From positions 152,243 through 216,242 of the forward strand of contig CAZBAJ010000001.1 of the NCBI GenBank assembly GCA_964490125.1: a stretch of DNA of 64,000 bases, given 5' to 3'. Under the pieces are notes generated by a model that had not been told where the DNA came from, did not search any database, and saw only the letters and a program-made list of their open reading frames with translations. Within the stretch, counting starts at the first letter, position 1. Each line of letters begins with the position of its first letter. This DNA comes from an uncultured Candidatus Saccharibacteria bacterium. GTDB taxonomy: Bacteria; Patescibacteriota; WWE3; UBA101185; UBA10185. Positions 54,534 through 64,000 of this stretch are shown piece by piece. Made by a program: the position numbers and the translations under genes.

Positions 54534-55862
54534 TTAGAAATTGAACATTAAATAATTGGGTTTTAAAATTAGTAAAGCGCCGATCAACACCATCAATAAT
54601 CCCCCAATAAGGTTGGAATATTTGGCGTATTTTGTGGAAATTCCGGTGACTTCCAAAGTCCGCATAGAAATAAAAAAGACTATAAAGTCGTCCAACATAA
54701 AAAAGACAATGTACAAGGCTATGTAGAGGTAGTATTGGATTGCTGATAAGCCGTTTAGTGTCAAGATTTGCGTAAAGATTGCTGGAAACCCCGCGGAACA
54801 AAAGAGTTCCACCAAATTAACCGCAAAAGCCAGCCCAGCGATTCCCAAAAGGGCAGTCAGCAAACTTTTGTCGTAAGTAATTTTCTTAAGTTTATCAAAG
54901 GTTTTTTTACGGTTTTCGTCCTCTGTAACCACGCAACCCATTTTATGCTGGAGATACTTGTTTAGGCTAAAAGCACCTGCCAGAATAGCAAATCCGGCAA
55001 TAAGGAGTCGTACCCAGACAATAAAACCCACAAACAACAGTATATTTAGCCACGCGGACATAAAAAGAAAATAAACCAAACCGGAAGCCAGCAAAAAAGT
55101 TATTCCCAAGAGCCATCTGCGGTTTTTGTTTGGCAGATTTACAAGCAGGCTAATTAAAAAGAGCAAAACCCACATAGCGCAGGGGTTAAAACCATCCAGT
55201 GTACCTATAACCACGGCAATAAGCGGTAAGGAGAGCGTTGTTAGGTTAATTTTGCCGACAATTGGGAGCACGACTTCTTTTGGTAAAGAAATCGGCGCAT
55301 TTTTCCACGGATCCGGCTTTGGGTTAGCGGGTTCGGGATTGGGCTTTTGTGTAGGTATAAGATCGTTTGGATTAGATGTGACCGATGTGGGATGAGGCGC
55401 GGGACTGGGTTCTGTTTTAGGCGTTGGGGCGGGATTTATTTCTGCTATAACATCTTTACAATCGTTAATCTGACAATAATCAATGTATTCATGGATTTGG
55501 GCTCCTGTGGTGTCGGCTGTGTAATAACCGCCAATATGATTCTCTCCCACGACGGTAAACGGTACGCCTTTAATGTCAGCATTAAGCTTTTCTCCTACTT
55601 TTTTTAAGAGTTCGCGGTTTTTAGCGTTGCCCCAAACCTCAAACTTGTTAATTGCTAGGTTTGGGTAATCCTTCTCAAGTTTGTCTAGAAACTTCTCTTC
55701 CTCCGCGCAGTGTGGGCATCCGTTACCCCAAAAAAAGTACAGGTTGACTTTGTTAGAAGTGCTAGTTTCTGCCCTTACATTAACAGAAAGTACCGTAAAT
55801 ACAGTAAAAATCACTGCCATGAGCACTTTGTAGTAAGGTGGACAAAACTTTCGGAAATTCAT
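54534..55862 (-). CDS. Thioredoxin/glutaredoxin domain fused to a DsbD/CcdA-like membrane domain
   Basis: GCPHC, VP, DGFNPCA, ELFCSAG. Confidence 0.85.
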   Translation of the reverse strand: MNFRKFCPPYYKVLMAVIFTVFTVLSVNVRAETSTSNKVNLYFFWGNGCPHCAEEEKFLDKLEKDYPNLAINKFEVWGNAKNRELLKKVGEKLNADIKGVPFTVVGENHIGGYYTADTTGAQIHEYIDYCQINDCKDVIAEINPAPTPKTEPSPAPHPTSVTSNPNDLIPTQKPNPEPANPKPDPWKNAPISLPKEVVLPIVGKINLTTLSLPLIAVVIGTLDGFNPCAMWVLLFLISLLVNLPNKNRRWLLGITFLLASGLVYFLFMSAWLNILLFVGFIVWVRLLIAGFAILAGAFSLNKYLQHKMGCVVTEDENRKKTFDKLKKITYDKSLLTALLGIAGLAFAVNLVELFCSAGFPAIFTQILTLNGLSAIQYYLYIALYIVFFMLDDFIVFFISMRTLEVTGISTKYAKYSNLIGGLLMVLIGALLILKPNYLMFNF

Positions 55863-55877
55863 TAAAAGATTATAACA

Positions 55878-56643
55878 TTACCCTCGCTTTTGATTGAATA
55901 AAAAATCAAGGGCTTTAGTGATTGAATTGTGATCAATGGACTTGCCTAAAGTAACCGAATCCAGTTGTTTTGGGAAATGTTCTAAACTCGTAGTAAGAAT
56001 CTGATACTTTACTTTTTCTTTGGTAAGGCAGGATTCAATATAGCTATGATTTATCCTATTATCGTTTGGGTTTAAAAGAATTAAATAAGGTACTTTATGA
56101 AACTTCGGTCGGCTGTGGTCGGTTAATATCAGCTCCAATACTGCAAAGAATGTTTTTGGAGAAATTTCTTTGAATATCGCATCCCGTGTTGTTTGAGAGT
56201 GTTTTGCGAAAAAACCAAATTTTATTACTAATTTCTCGCGCAAAACATACTTTTCTATATGAAGTAGTCGTACAATTTTACATAACCCAAGAATTCCAAA
56301 TTGCTTGAATTGATTTATGCTCAAGGATTCTTTGTTTAAATAAGGAAATATGCCGATAATTCCGGAGCATTTTTTAGCAGACTCACAATCGTTAACTACT
56401 TTAAACCCAAAGCTCGCCCCCCCCCATGTAGAAATTTTCTAGTTTAAGCTTGGTTACCACGGCATCAACATAACAACTGTAATCTTTTAGCGAAGCCGGT
56501 TCTATGGCAGGAATGTTTTTTATAAAACCCGGAAGGTCTACCGGAATTACTTGAAAAAATAAATTCAAATAACCTATAAGACCATTAAGCGCTTTAGAGT
56601 TTGTAGGAAATGAGTGAACGAATATCAGATTTGCTTTAGTCAT
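55878..56643 (-). pseudogene. Alpha/beta hydrolase frameshifted at a G9 tract
   Basis: FVHSF, DLPGF; removing one G at 56417-56425 restores MGGASFG and joins ORF 55878-56324. Confidence 0.8.
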
Positions 56644-56905
56644 TTTTATGTTTCTCAATCAAAGATACGATCTCTTGTTTAGAAGGCTCGCCGGAGAGTC
56701 GTGTGATTTCTTTGTCGTCCTTGTCCAAAAAGATAAAAACCGGTAAATTTCTACCTACATTCCACTTTTTCACCTCGTCAGGTGAATCGTCGTACTCAAA
56801 ATAGCGGGTTTCCAGCCAAGGATTTTCCGCCTCAATTTCCTTCCATCGAGGTCGCATAACTAAACAACCCGGACACCATACTGCACCAAACTTTAAAACC
56901 TTCAT
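56636..56905 (-). CDS. Thioredoxin family protein
   Basis: WCPGC, LP; SD AAAGGAG. Confidence 0.9.
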   Translation of the reverse strand: MKVLKFGAVWCPGCLVMRPRWKEIEAENPWLETRYFEYDDSPDEVKKWNVGRNLPVFIFLDKDDKEITRLSGEPSKQEIVSLIEKHKND

Positions 56906-56998
56906 AAACTCCTTTCTAATTACTTTAATCTTTGTGACTACTTAAACAAATCGAATACTAGCTTTCCGATGATTATAGTAACACAAAAATTTCGTCGA

Positions 56999-57928
56999 CT
57001 AAAGCAAAGTTAGCCATGCTAAACCCAGCACGATTCTGTAAATTCCAAAAGGTAAAAAGCTGTGTTTTTGGACAAAGTTAATAAACAGTTTGACGGCAAA
57101 TAGCGCGGTGATAAAGGATCCTACAAACCCTATAATTAGTAGGACGACTTCCTGGCTGGAAAAATTAAAGTTTGACTTATAAAGATCCAGACTTGTGGCG
57201 GCAAGCATTGTGGGAATTGCTAGAAAAAAGGAAAACTTGATAGCTTCTGTTTTATTTAACCCCATTAGCAGTCCGCCAAAAATGCTTGCCGCCGATCTTG
57301 AAACTCCTGGAACTACGGCAAGACTTTGGAACACGCCGATAACCAAAAGCCTCGGTACGGATAAGTTTTTAAAAAGCTCTTTGGCTGGTGTTATTGTTGG
57401 GGGAATAAGTCTGGGATTACTATACTTTTTGGCGTGATTGCCATTGTATATATTCGGTATACCGTTTTCGTAATGCGAAGTCGTTGGTACATGTGGGTCG
57501 GACAACCCGATGTTTTGGTTGGTAGCGTTTGTTGTATATTTATCCGATCGATTGGTTTTATCCACCAACTTGTCAATAACCGTAAAAACCAAACCGCCGA
57601 GAATTAACGCTAGAGTAGTAACAAGTCCGTTGCCAATAAGTCGCTCCTTAATAAAGTCGTACAGAAAAAAGCCAATAATTGCGGACGGCAAAAAAGCCAG
57701 AATTGTTTTGTACCAGAGCTGGGTGTTGCGGGAAAGCTCTTTAAAATACAGCGCGACAACGGCAAGGATTGCTCCAAGCTGGATAATGACCTCAAAGCTT
57801 TTAACAAAATCGGTTTGGGAAACGCCTAATATTTGTGAAGTTAAGATTAGGTGCGCGGTGGAGGAAATCGGCAGGAATTCGGTAATTCCCTCGACCACAG
57901 AAAGTACAATAGATTCAATGAAGTTCAT
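56999..57928 (-). CDS. uppP: Undecaprenyl-diphosphate phosphatase
   Basis: EGITEFLPISSTAH, IQLGAILA, PGVSRS, FSFFLAIP, FGIYR. Confidence 0.96.
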   Translation of the reverse strand: MNFIESIVLSVVEGITEFLPISSTAHLILTSQILGVSQTDFVKSFEVIIQLGAILAVVALYFKELSRNTQLWYKTILAFLPSAIIGFFLYDFIKERLIGNGLVTTLALILGGLVFTVIDKLVDKTNRSDKYTTNATNQNIGLSDPHVPTTSHYENGIPNIYNGNHAKKYSNPRLIPPTITPAKELFKNLSVPRLLVIGVFQSLAVVPGVSRSAASIFGGLLMGLNKTEAIKFSFFLAIPTMLAATSLDLYKSNFNFSSQEVVLLIIGFVGSFITALFAVKLFINFVQKHSFLPFGIYRIVLGLAWLTLL

Positions 57929-57931
57929 AGT

Positions 57932-58360
57932 TTAAAATAAAAAATCTAGATACTTGTCAACCATATTTATATTGATTTCTTTAAACCTATCTATAAATCC
58001 GTGTTGACCTAGTAATGGTGAAGACTGTTTTTCCACAAAGAAAACAACCGTATCATTGATTACAATGTCGCCAAAAAACAAGTCACACCCATGACCCCAG
58101 GCATGGGCTTCGGTTCCTCCAGCACCGGTTATTGGCAGATACATGCCTTTTTTTATTTTATCTATAGAAAACCCCAAAAATACTTGGGCATACTCAAAGG
58201 GAAAGACATTTATAGCTGAACCTGTGTCAAAATAGCAACTTATCGCACGACCCATCATGTGATTGCACAGCAAGCCGACTTTTATCCACGGAGCGTAGTG
58301 AATAATTTGACCTTCCTGATTGGGTAGTAGGAATGTTGTTTCGGTTAAACCTACCTTCAT
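57932..58360 (-). CDS. Retropepsin-like aspartyl protease
   Basis: FDTGS and LLG motifs. Confidence 0.75.
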   Translation of the reverse strand: MKVGLTETTFLLPNQEGQIIHYAPWIKVGLLCNHMMGRAISCYFDTGSAINVFPFEYAQVFLGFSIDKIKKGMYLPITGAGGTEAHAWGHGCDLFFGDIVINDTVVFFVEKQSSPLLGQHGFIDRFKEININMVDKYLDFLF

Positions 58361-58563
58361 AGAATTATAGATGGAACATAAACGGAATTTAGTGGCATGA
58401 CCTTCTCCACAGTGTAGTCGTTATTTAGTGTCCGCATTTTTTCTGCTAGTACTGCTAAACTCTTGTCTGCTTCAAGCACAGCCCCTGTAACAGGATCCCT
58501 AGCCAGCCACATATTTTGATATTTAAGCTTAAAGTCTATTAACGCCTTGTTTTTTGTTTTCAT
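58357..58563 (-). CDS. Small DUF5678-like protein
   Basis: KYQNMWLA...VLEADKSL; overlaps the protease start by 4 nt. Confidence 0.65.
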   Translation of the reverse strand: MKTKNKALIDFKLKYQNMWLARDPVTGAVLEADKSLAVLAEKMRTLNNDYTVEKVMPLNSVYVPSIIL

Positions 58564-58567
58564 AAAG

Positions 58568-58804
58568 CTATTCTACCACACTCGCATCGTTATAAACTTC
58601 ATCCGATTGACTTGACTGCAAAGGCTCTTCCTGCGGAGTTGGTGTAGGTAATACATTTTCCACGACAGTTTGCTTTTTTACCGGTCTAAGTCTATTTAAA
58701 ATTCCACTGTTGTAAACAAAAACCAAGACATAGACCAAAACAACTAAAAATGCTCCTCTAAATATTAAGTCCTTAAGATACTGGTCGTCTTGCCTTTTTT
58801 CCAT
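58568..58804 (-). CDS. Small membrane protein
   Basis: One TM and PTPTP linker. Confidence 0.55.
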   Translation of the reverse strand: MEKRQDDQYLKDLIFRGAFLVVLVYVLVFVYNSGILNRLRPVKKQTVVENVLPTPTPQEEPLQSSQSDEVYNDASVVE

Positions 58805-58852
58805 GTAAAAATTAAACCACAAAAACCCACTTTTAGGTAGTATACTTGGCGC

Positions 58853-59842
58853 ATGCAGATGAACGACTTGATTTGGGGCAAGGTAACTATCGACGATAAG
58901 GATGTTCTAGCGATTTTAAAGCATCCGGCTATGGACAGAGTAAAAAGGATTTGGATTTCTTCATACGGTTACCTGTTTAATTTGCAACGGAGTTCTACGC
59001 GGTTTGAGCATTGTTTAGGAGTTTACTTGTTATTGAGACATTTTAAGGCATCCACAAAAGAGCAACTTGCCGGGCTGATCCACGACGTTTCTCATACAGC
59101 GCTTTCGCACCTTTCTACCTACGCAATTCAGGGAAAATATACGGGCGAGGAGTTTCACGAGCTGATGCAGAAAAAGTTTATTGACGATTCGGGCTTAGCT
59201 GATTTGTTTGTTAACTTAGGCTACAATGCGGACGACTTATTACACACCGATAAATTTACGCTATTGGAAAATAACCTGCCGGATATTTGTGCTGACCGTA
59301 TTGATTACGCCCTTCGCGACGGTTTACATTTGCAAATACTTTCCCGTCAACAAGCGGATCAAATTATCAATGGGTTGGTTATAAAAAACGGCGAGTTTGT
59401 ATTTTCCAACGGTCAGTCAGCATTTTTATACTCATTTAACTTTTATTTACTAAATTTAATGTTTTACGGTTCCCCCGCGGAGGCTCATTTTAACAACGAC
59501 TTTGGAGCTTTGGTTAATTATGCCATGAAGACGGGAGTATTAAAGGAAAAAGATTGGTTTAGTGACGATGTTTATTTGATTGGAAAGCTTAAAAAGTCCA
59601 AAAATGCCAAAATCCAAAAGTGGCTAGGTAAATACAATCAAAAACTAGTAGTTTATGAGGACAGCGCGCATTCGGACAAGGTTTTTTCTAAAAAGATTCG
59701 GGTAGTGGATCCAAAAGTTATTGTGGGCGGCAAAATAAGTCGATTAAGTGAGATTAATGCCGTTTATTGCAAATTAATTACCGATTACCAAAAAAACCAT
59801 AAGGAACATACATTACCCGTCAAGGTTAATTATAAAGATTGA
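58853..59842 (+). CDS. HD domain phosphohydrolase
   Basis: TRFEHCLG, LIHDVSH, ADRIDY-x-x-RD. Confidence 0.92.
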   Translation: MQMNDLIWGKVTIDDKDVLAILKHPAMDRVKRIWISSYGYLFNLQRSSTRFEHCLGVYLLLRHFKASTKEQLAGLIHDVSHTALSHLSTYAIQGKYTGEEFHELMQKKFIDDSGLADLFVNLGYNADDLLHTDKFTLLENNLPDICADRIDYALRDGLHLQILSRQQADQIINGLVIKNGEFVFSNGQSAFLYSFNFYLLNLMFYGSPAEAHFNNDFGALVNYAMKTGVLKEKDWFSDDVYLIGKLKKSKNAKIQKWLGKYNQKLVVYEDSAHSDKVFSKKIRVVDPKVIVGGKISRLSEINAVYCKLITDYQKNHKEHTLPVKVNYKD

Positions 59843-61043
59843 AGTCGGTCCAAACTTCGTCCCGTAAAGCAGGACCTGCGGTGACTTTTATCTCTGTTCC
59901 ATCCACAGTCATTACCCCAAAAATAGCCGACTTCACATCGACATTTGAGAAAGCTTTATCGTCCCCATATCTTCCACCTGTATTAAAGGCTAAAAGCCTG
60001 GAAATATCGTATGGGGTTGGAATCTCTCTTTGTGTAAGTACCCTCATTAAATGTAAGGCTCGGTCAGCTAAGGCCTGTCTCTGCAAATTCCAAGCCAATG
60101 CCTCTTCATTCGCATTTTCATTACCTTCTAAAACCACCTTACCGTTTTGAGTATAAATATTTGTGCTTATCATGCGTGTGCCAGCTTTGGATTCGAGTTC
60201 TATTTTATCTACGGTGTCGAGTGCGAATTCTACTTTTCCTGCTTCTATGCCTACTTCCCCACGCCTTGCATAATTGACTACATAACCATCTGCAAACGGG
60301 GCTAAAGCTCTCATAATATCGTATGGATGCATGCCGTTCCCTATATAAGAAGCAGTCCACACAGCGGTATTTGCCAAAATTGCAGGTTCCTGATCCTCTT
60401 TTGTATGTTGCATATCGACACATAGAAACAAATCCTTTCCGAAGGTAAATCCAGCACCAGGTAGTAAGTCCGGGTATACAAAAGAGAAGTATTCGCTACC
60501 CCTAACCCCCTTTATCTTCACTATTCTCGTTTTGTCCACACGAGATCCGGGTTCATCCTCAACATCTTCTTCGTTATGCCAAAATATCACCTCTCCGCTT
60601 TCACCTCTAAGCAGACCGCTGATACATCCCACATTATCGTTTTGCAAAGATAAGGCGATAAGTAGATTAAGTTTGTCTCGTTCGTAAATGTCGCCCAAAA
60701 GTTCTGAGATTTGTCGATGTTCTAAGGAGCTAAAGTCTATTTCATCGGACCAGCTTTTAATTGCTTTCAAATATGCCTCCAGCCCCCCTTTAATTAATGG
60801 GTTCTCTTCATGCTTGATTCTATCCTCGATCACAGACAGACACTTGTCCGCAAATTCTAAATCTACCCTGAATACCGATGGATCATCCTCATCTATTAAT
60901 GTATCAACGGATTTTCTAGCCGCGTCCCGTACTTGTCGACCCAATTCTCTGTAGCTTTCCTCCAACGACAGTTCCGAAAGATCGACCAACTCAAGACTCC
61001 CAAGTCGCTCTTTTTCTATCTTTAGTCCTTCTAAATTAACCAT
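59826..61043 (-). CDS. C45-family (Ntn hydrolase) autoproteolytic acyltransferase-like protein
   Basis: VG-C processing site followed by HNEE, YP-x-x-LPG, TN. Confidence 0.6.
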   Translation of the reverse strand: MVNLEGLKIEKERLGSLELVDLSELSLEESYRELGRQVRDAARKSVDTLIDEDDPSVFRVDLEFADKCLSVIEDRIKHEENPLIKGGLEAYLKAIKSWSDEIDFSSLEHRQISELLGDIYERDKLNLLIALSLQNDNVGCISGLLRGESGEVIFWHNEEDVEDEPGSRVDKTRIVKIKGVRGSEYFSFVYPDLLPGAGFTFGKDLFLCVDMQHTKEDQEPAILANTAVWTASYIGNGMHPYDIMRALAPFADGYVVNYARRGEVGIEAGKVEFALDTVDKIELESKAGTRMISTNIYTQNGKVVLEGNENANEEALAWNLQRQALADRALHLMRVLTQREIPTPYDISRLLAFNTGGRYGDDKAFSNVDVKSAIFGVMTVDGTEIKVTAGPALRDEVWTDFNLYN

Positions 61044-61107
61044 ATTTGCACGCACATTTTATCACGGGGGTCTTGATCCCTGATCCATTTCGTATTATAT
61101 TCGGTTT

Positions 61108-61365
61108 ATGATTCAGCAAGTCCGCATGCCGGTGTCGGTTAATTTAATTTACGACCATAAGAAAAACCGCGTCTCACCCGTCGCACTAAAATGGGATGGC
61201 GAGGTTAAAAAAGTTAAAACTGTGGATTTGCATCATTCCTACAGAACTGGTCGCACCCTATACCATGTGTTTTCTGTGTCAACCGAAGGCGCGTTTTTTA
61301 AGCTGGTGCTAAATACCGACAATCTTTTTTGGGAAGTTGAGGAGGTTTCGTGCGATGGAGTTTAA
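61108..61365 (+). CDS. Small beta-rich protein coupled to dinB
   Basis: P-x-x-x-x-W-x-G, HVFSV, W near the C-terminus; overlaps the dinB start. Confidence 0.7.
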   Translation: MIQQVRMPVSVNLIYDHKKNRVSPVALKWDGEVKKVKTVDLHHSYRTGRTLYHVFSVSTEGAFFKLVLNTDNLFWEVEEVSCDGV

Positions 61366-62578
61366 CCCAAAACCTTCCACCACTATGCATATTGATCTAA
61401 ATTCCTGCTTTGCCACTATTGAACAGCAAGCTAACCGGAATTTGCGTGGCAGACCGATTGCGGTGGCTTCCTACAACAGTCCCGGTGGGTGTATTTTGGC
61501 ACCTTCTGTTGAGGCCAAAAAGTTGGGTATTAAAACCGGTATGCGGGTTAAGGACGGAAAGCTGTTGTGTCCTGGGCTTATTGTTATGGAGCCGGATCCG
61601 CCCAAGTATCGATTTGTCCATCTAAAACTTAAAGAATTGGTGGGCAGGTATACGCCAAAAGCGGTGCCTAAGTCTATTGACGAGTTTGTGTTGGACTTGG
61701 AAGGCTGTCCCGCGTTTAAGATGGGCATGCGGGAAGTTGCCCAAAAAATTAAAGTTGACATTAAACAGGAAGTTGGCGACTTTATTACGGTTTCCATAGG
61801 CATTGCGCCAAACAGGTTTTTGGCAAAGTTGGCATCCGGTTTGCATAAGCCGGACGGATTGGACGAAATTAACAAAGCTAATTTTTTAGAAATTTATGGG
61901 CGACTTTGTCTGCAGGACTTGTGCGGTATTGCCCTAAATAATGCAGTGCGACTTGGAAACACGGGAATTTACACCGTTTTGGATTTTTACCGCGCGGATG
62001 TGGCGGTTTTAAAACAGGCTTTTCATTCCATTGGCGGTTACTACTGGTATTTGCGACTCCGGGGCTGGGAAATTGATGATGTAGAGTTTAGTCGTAAAAG
62101 TTTTGGTAATTCTTATGCCTTGCCCAAGCCGTTAGCTAGTCCGGAGGAGCTTTCACCCATACTTTCTAAATTGGTAGAAAAAATGTCTTTTAGACTGCGG
62201 ACTGCGGGATTTAAAGCCAGAGGCGTTGGTTTGTTTATAGATTATCGTGGGGGAAATTTTTGGCACAAAACCAGGTTAGCCGGGGAGTTTTTGTATGAGT
62301 CGGGCGACTTCTTTAGGTCCGCATATAAACTTTTGTGTCAGTCGCCTTATAAAGAACCGGTTGCGGTTTTGGCGGTATGTTGTTTTGACTTGGAAAAAGC
62401 CACGATTATTCAGCAGGACATGTTTGGCGCGCAGGAGAAAAAGTTTAATTTGGCAAATTCTGTGGATGTCATAAATTCCAAGTGGGGCAGTTTTGTTTTA
62501 GGCCCGGCAAGCCTGTTGCTGTCCAAGGAAAATGTTAGAGACCGTATTGCCTTTGGCGGGGTTAGGGATTTGTTATAA
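61355..62578 (+). CDS. dinB: Y-family DNA polymerase IV
   Basis: HIDLNSCFA, SVEAK-x-x-GIKTGM, SIDE, LAKLAS-x-x-x-KPDG. Confidence 0.95.
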   Translation: MEFNPKPSTTMHIDLNSCFATIEQQANRNLRGRPIAVASYNSPGGCILAPSVEAKKLGIKTGMRVKDGKLLCPGLIVMEPDPPKYRFVHLKLKELVGRYTPKAVPKSIDEFVLDLEGCPAFKMGMREVAQKIKVDIKQEVGDFITVSIGIAPNRFLAKLASGLHKPDGLDEINKANFLEIYGRLCLQDLCGIALNNAVRLGNTGIYTVLDFYRADVAVLKQAFHSIGGYYWYLRLRGWEIDDVEFSRKSFGNSYALPKPLASPEELSPILSKLVEKMSFRLRTAGFKARGVGLFIDYRGGNFWHKTRLAGEFLYESGDFFRSAYKLLCQSPYKEPVAVLAVCCFDLEKATIIQQDMFGAQEKKFNLANSVDVINSKWGSFVLGPASLLLSKENVRDRIAFGGVRDLL

Positions 62579-62585
62579 TACCGAC

Positions 62586-63264
62586 ATGGGGGATGAAGCA
62601 AAAGTAAAAAATAATGAGGGCGAGCTTCTGGCTATCGAAAGGTACAGACAAATAGAGAGGGGTTTGGTTCACGCCCCGATGTTGAAAAAAGAATGGTCTG
62701 AAGAAGATATGAGCGCAGTTTTGTCTACGGTTGGAGACCCAGAAGTTGTTAGAGCAGGTTTGGAGCATGTTCGTGGGCGGGAACTTTGCCATGTATTGAG
62801 ATTGCTGCGGGGGGGGGGAGATAGAAAGAGAGTTTGCTATTGCGTATTTGAGATATAGTCCAGAAGCTATTTTGCCTGATTCTAATACTGCAACAAGCGA
62901 ACGCAGAGATGTAAGATTGGTGGTGGGAAGCGAGGGAACGGACACTACCGCTTTCTGGACATTCGCACCTTATTTATTTGACGAGTTTAAACAACAAGAG
63001 ATCGACGAAATTATATGTATGAGACTGTTGTACAGATGGGTTGCGGATGGAAGATCTGTTTCACGCGCAAGTTCCCAATACGATCAAGACAGCCATCGCT
63101 ACATACACCTTAAGGGCTTAGAATGGCTAAACAGGTTTGGTCTTAATAGTAACATTTACGCGTTGGATCCATACGACCCGGAACATGTTTCACACGAGTT
63201 TACTAGAGAAGAGGCTACGCGCATTGCTCCTATAATTATAACGGAGTTTGGGGATAAAATTTAG
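62586..63264 (+). pseudogene. Hypothetical protein split by a frameshift at a G10 tract
   Basis: Removing one G at 62809-62818 fuses 62586-62858 with 62848-63264 (LRGGEIEREFAIAYLRYS). Confidence 0.6.
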
Positions 63265-64000
63265 GTTAAAAAACGATCAATAGTAGACAAAATTATGCAA
63301 CCGGTATTTGTTTAAGCATAAGAATAAAATATGCCCCAAAGGGTACATATTTAAACGAACTAATAGTCGTATTTCTCCGATTTAAGCCTGTAGTAACAAC
63401 CAATACTATATGACAAATATCCGTTTGTGCGCTTGATAAAATACGCGAACTATTTCCGTCCTGTAATAACAACAAAATCCACATATCCTTAAAAAATAAG
63501 TGAACTATGTCAGGAGTATAGTTTGAAGGCTGTTAATACAACCTAAAAACGCTGACACATAAATACACACTCGAATACACAAACAAAGATCTAAATACTA
63601 AGTCGCGCTAGATAAACTAACAGATACTCACATAAACACACAGATACATCAAAAATCTAAATAAATACATATCGGAATATACTTAAGCACCCCAATACCA
63701 ATACGACTCACTGTCACCAAGATTAGACAATAATACCCAAAGAATTCAAGTCCGCCACCGTGACTGTAATTACAGCCACCGTAGCCTACGATATTTACGA
63801 ACTAGGGTAGTTCACTAATTATTCTAGAAAACTAGGTATTTGCTTTAACAACGGCTTAAAAATAGTTCGCAAATAAATATAACTGAACAATGTCACAAAT
63901 GTCATACAGTTAACGCCGTAGTAAAAGCCTTAAATCTATAAAAAGCAGTTTATTGTTCGTTTAAATATAGGGTCTGTGGACTAATAAAAAAAACGGCTGG

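Noticed and set aside
55310-55435. Pro-rich low-complexity segment as a foreign insertion
   Set aside because: Consistent with an ordinary interdomain linker
587-63484. Numerous short ORFs in the track overlapping called genes (e.g. 6556-7053, 22375-22884, 51586-52158, 63293-63484)
   Set aside because: Antisense or off-frame shadows without motifs or translation signals

Overview
Gene-dense chromosomal segment, most likely from a Patescibacteria/CPR bacterium (Microgenomates/WWE3-like; inferred from gene style and content, not from a marker gene). It holds a reduced cell-division cluster (murA-like, mraY, ftsW, murG, ftsQ, ftsA, ftsZ) interrupted by a six-gene metabolic insert, a class II ribonucleotide reductase with PduO, rplU/rpmA/rplS, surface-glycan genes, gatCAB, three DNA polymerases (PolX-PHP, PolA lacking the 5' nuclease, DinB), a Clp ATPase, an RNA ligase cluster, a Mg2+ ATPase and five tRNAs. 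No CRISPR array, rRNA, transposase or prophage was seen. Main observations: (1) an orphan MazF/PemK-type toxin faces a convergent ~150-nt non-coding unit with its own promoter, 50-nt repeats with variable hairpins and a terminator, a candidate RNA antitoxin; (2) palindromes encoding conserved peptide motifs of ORF6N, KilA-N-like and DinD-like DNA-binding proteins occur as free-standing intergenic copies; (3) MurA and MraY lack canonical catalytic residues; (4) unrelated in-frame insertions occur in several housekeeping proteins; (5) tsaC has an in-frame TAG and two genes are frameshifted at poly-G tracts; (6) leaderless promoters are pervasive. All product calls come from reading motifs by eye; no database search was run.
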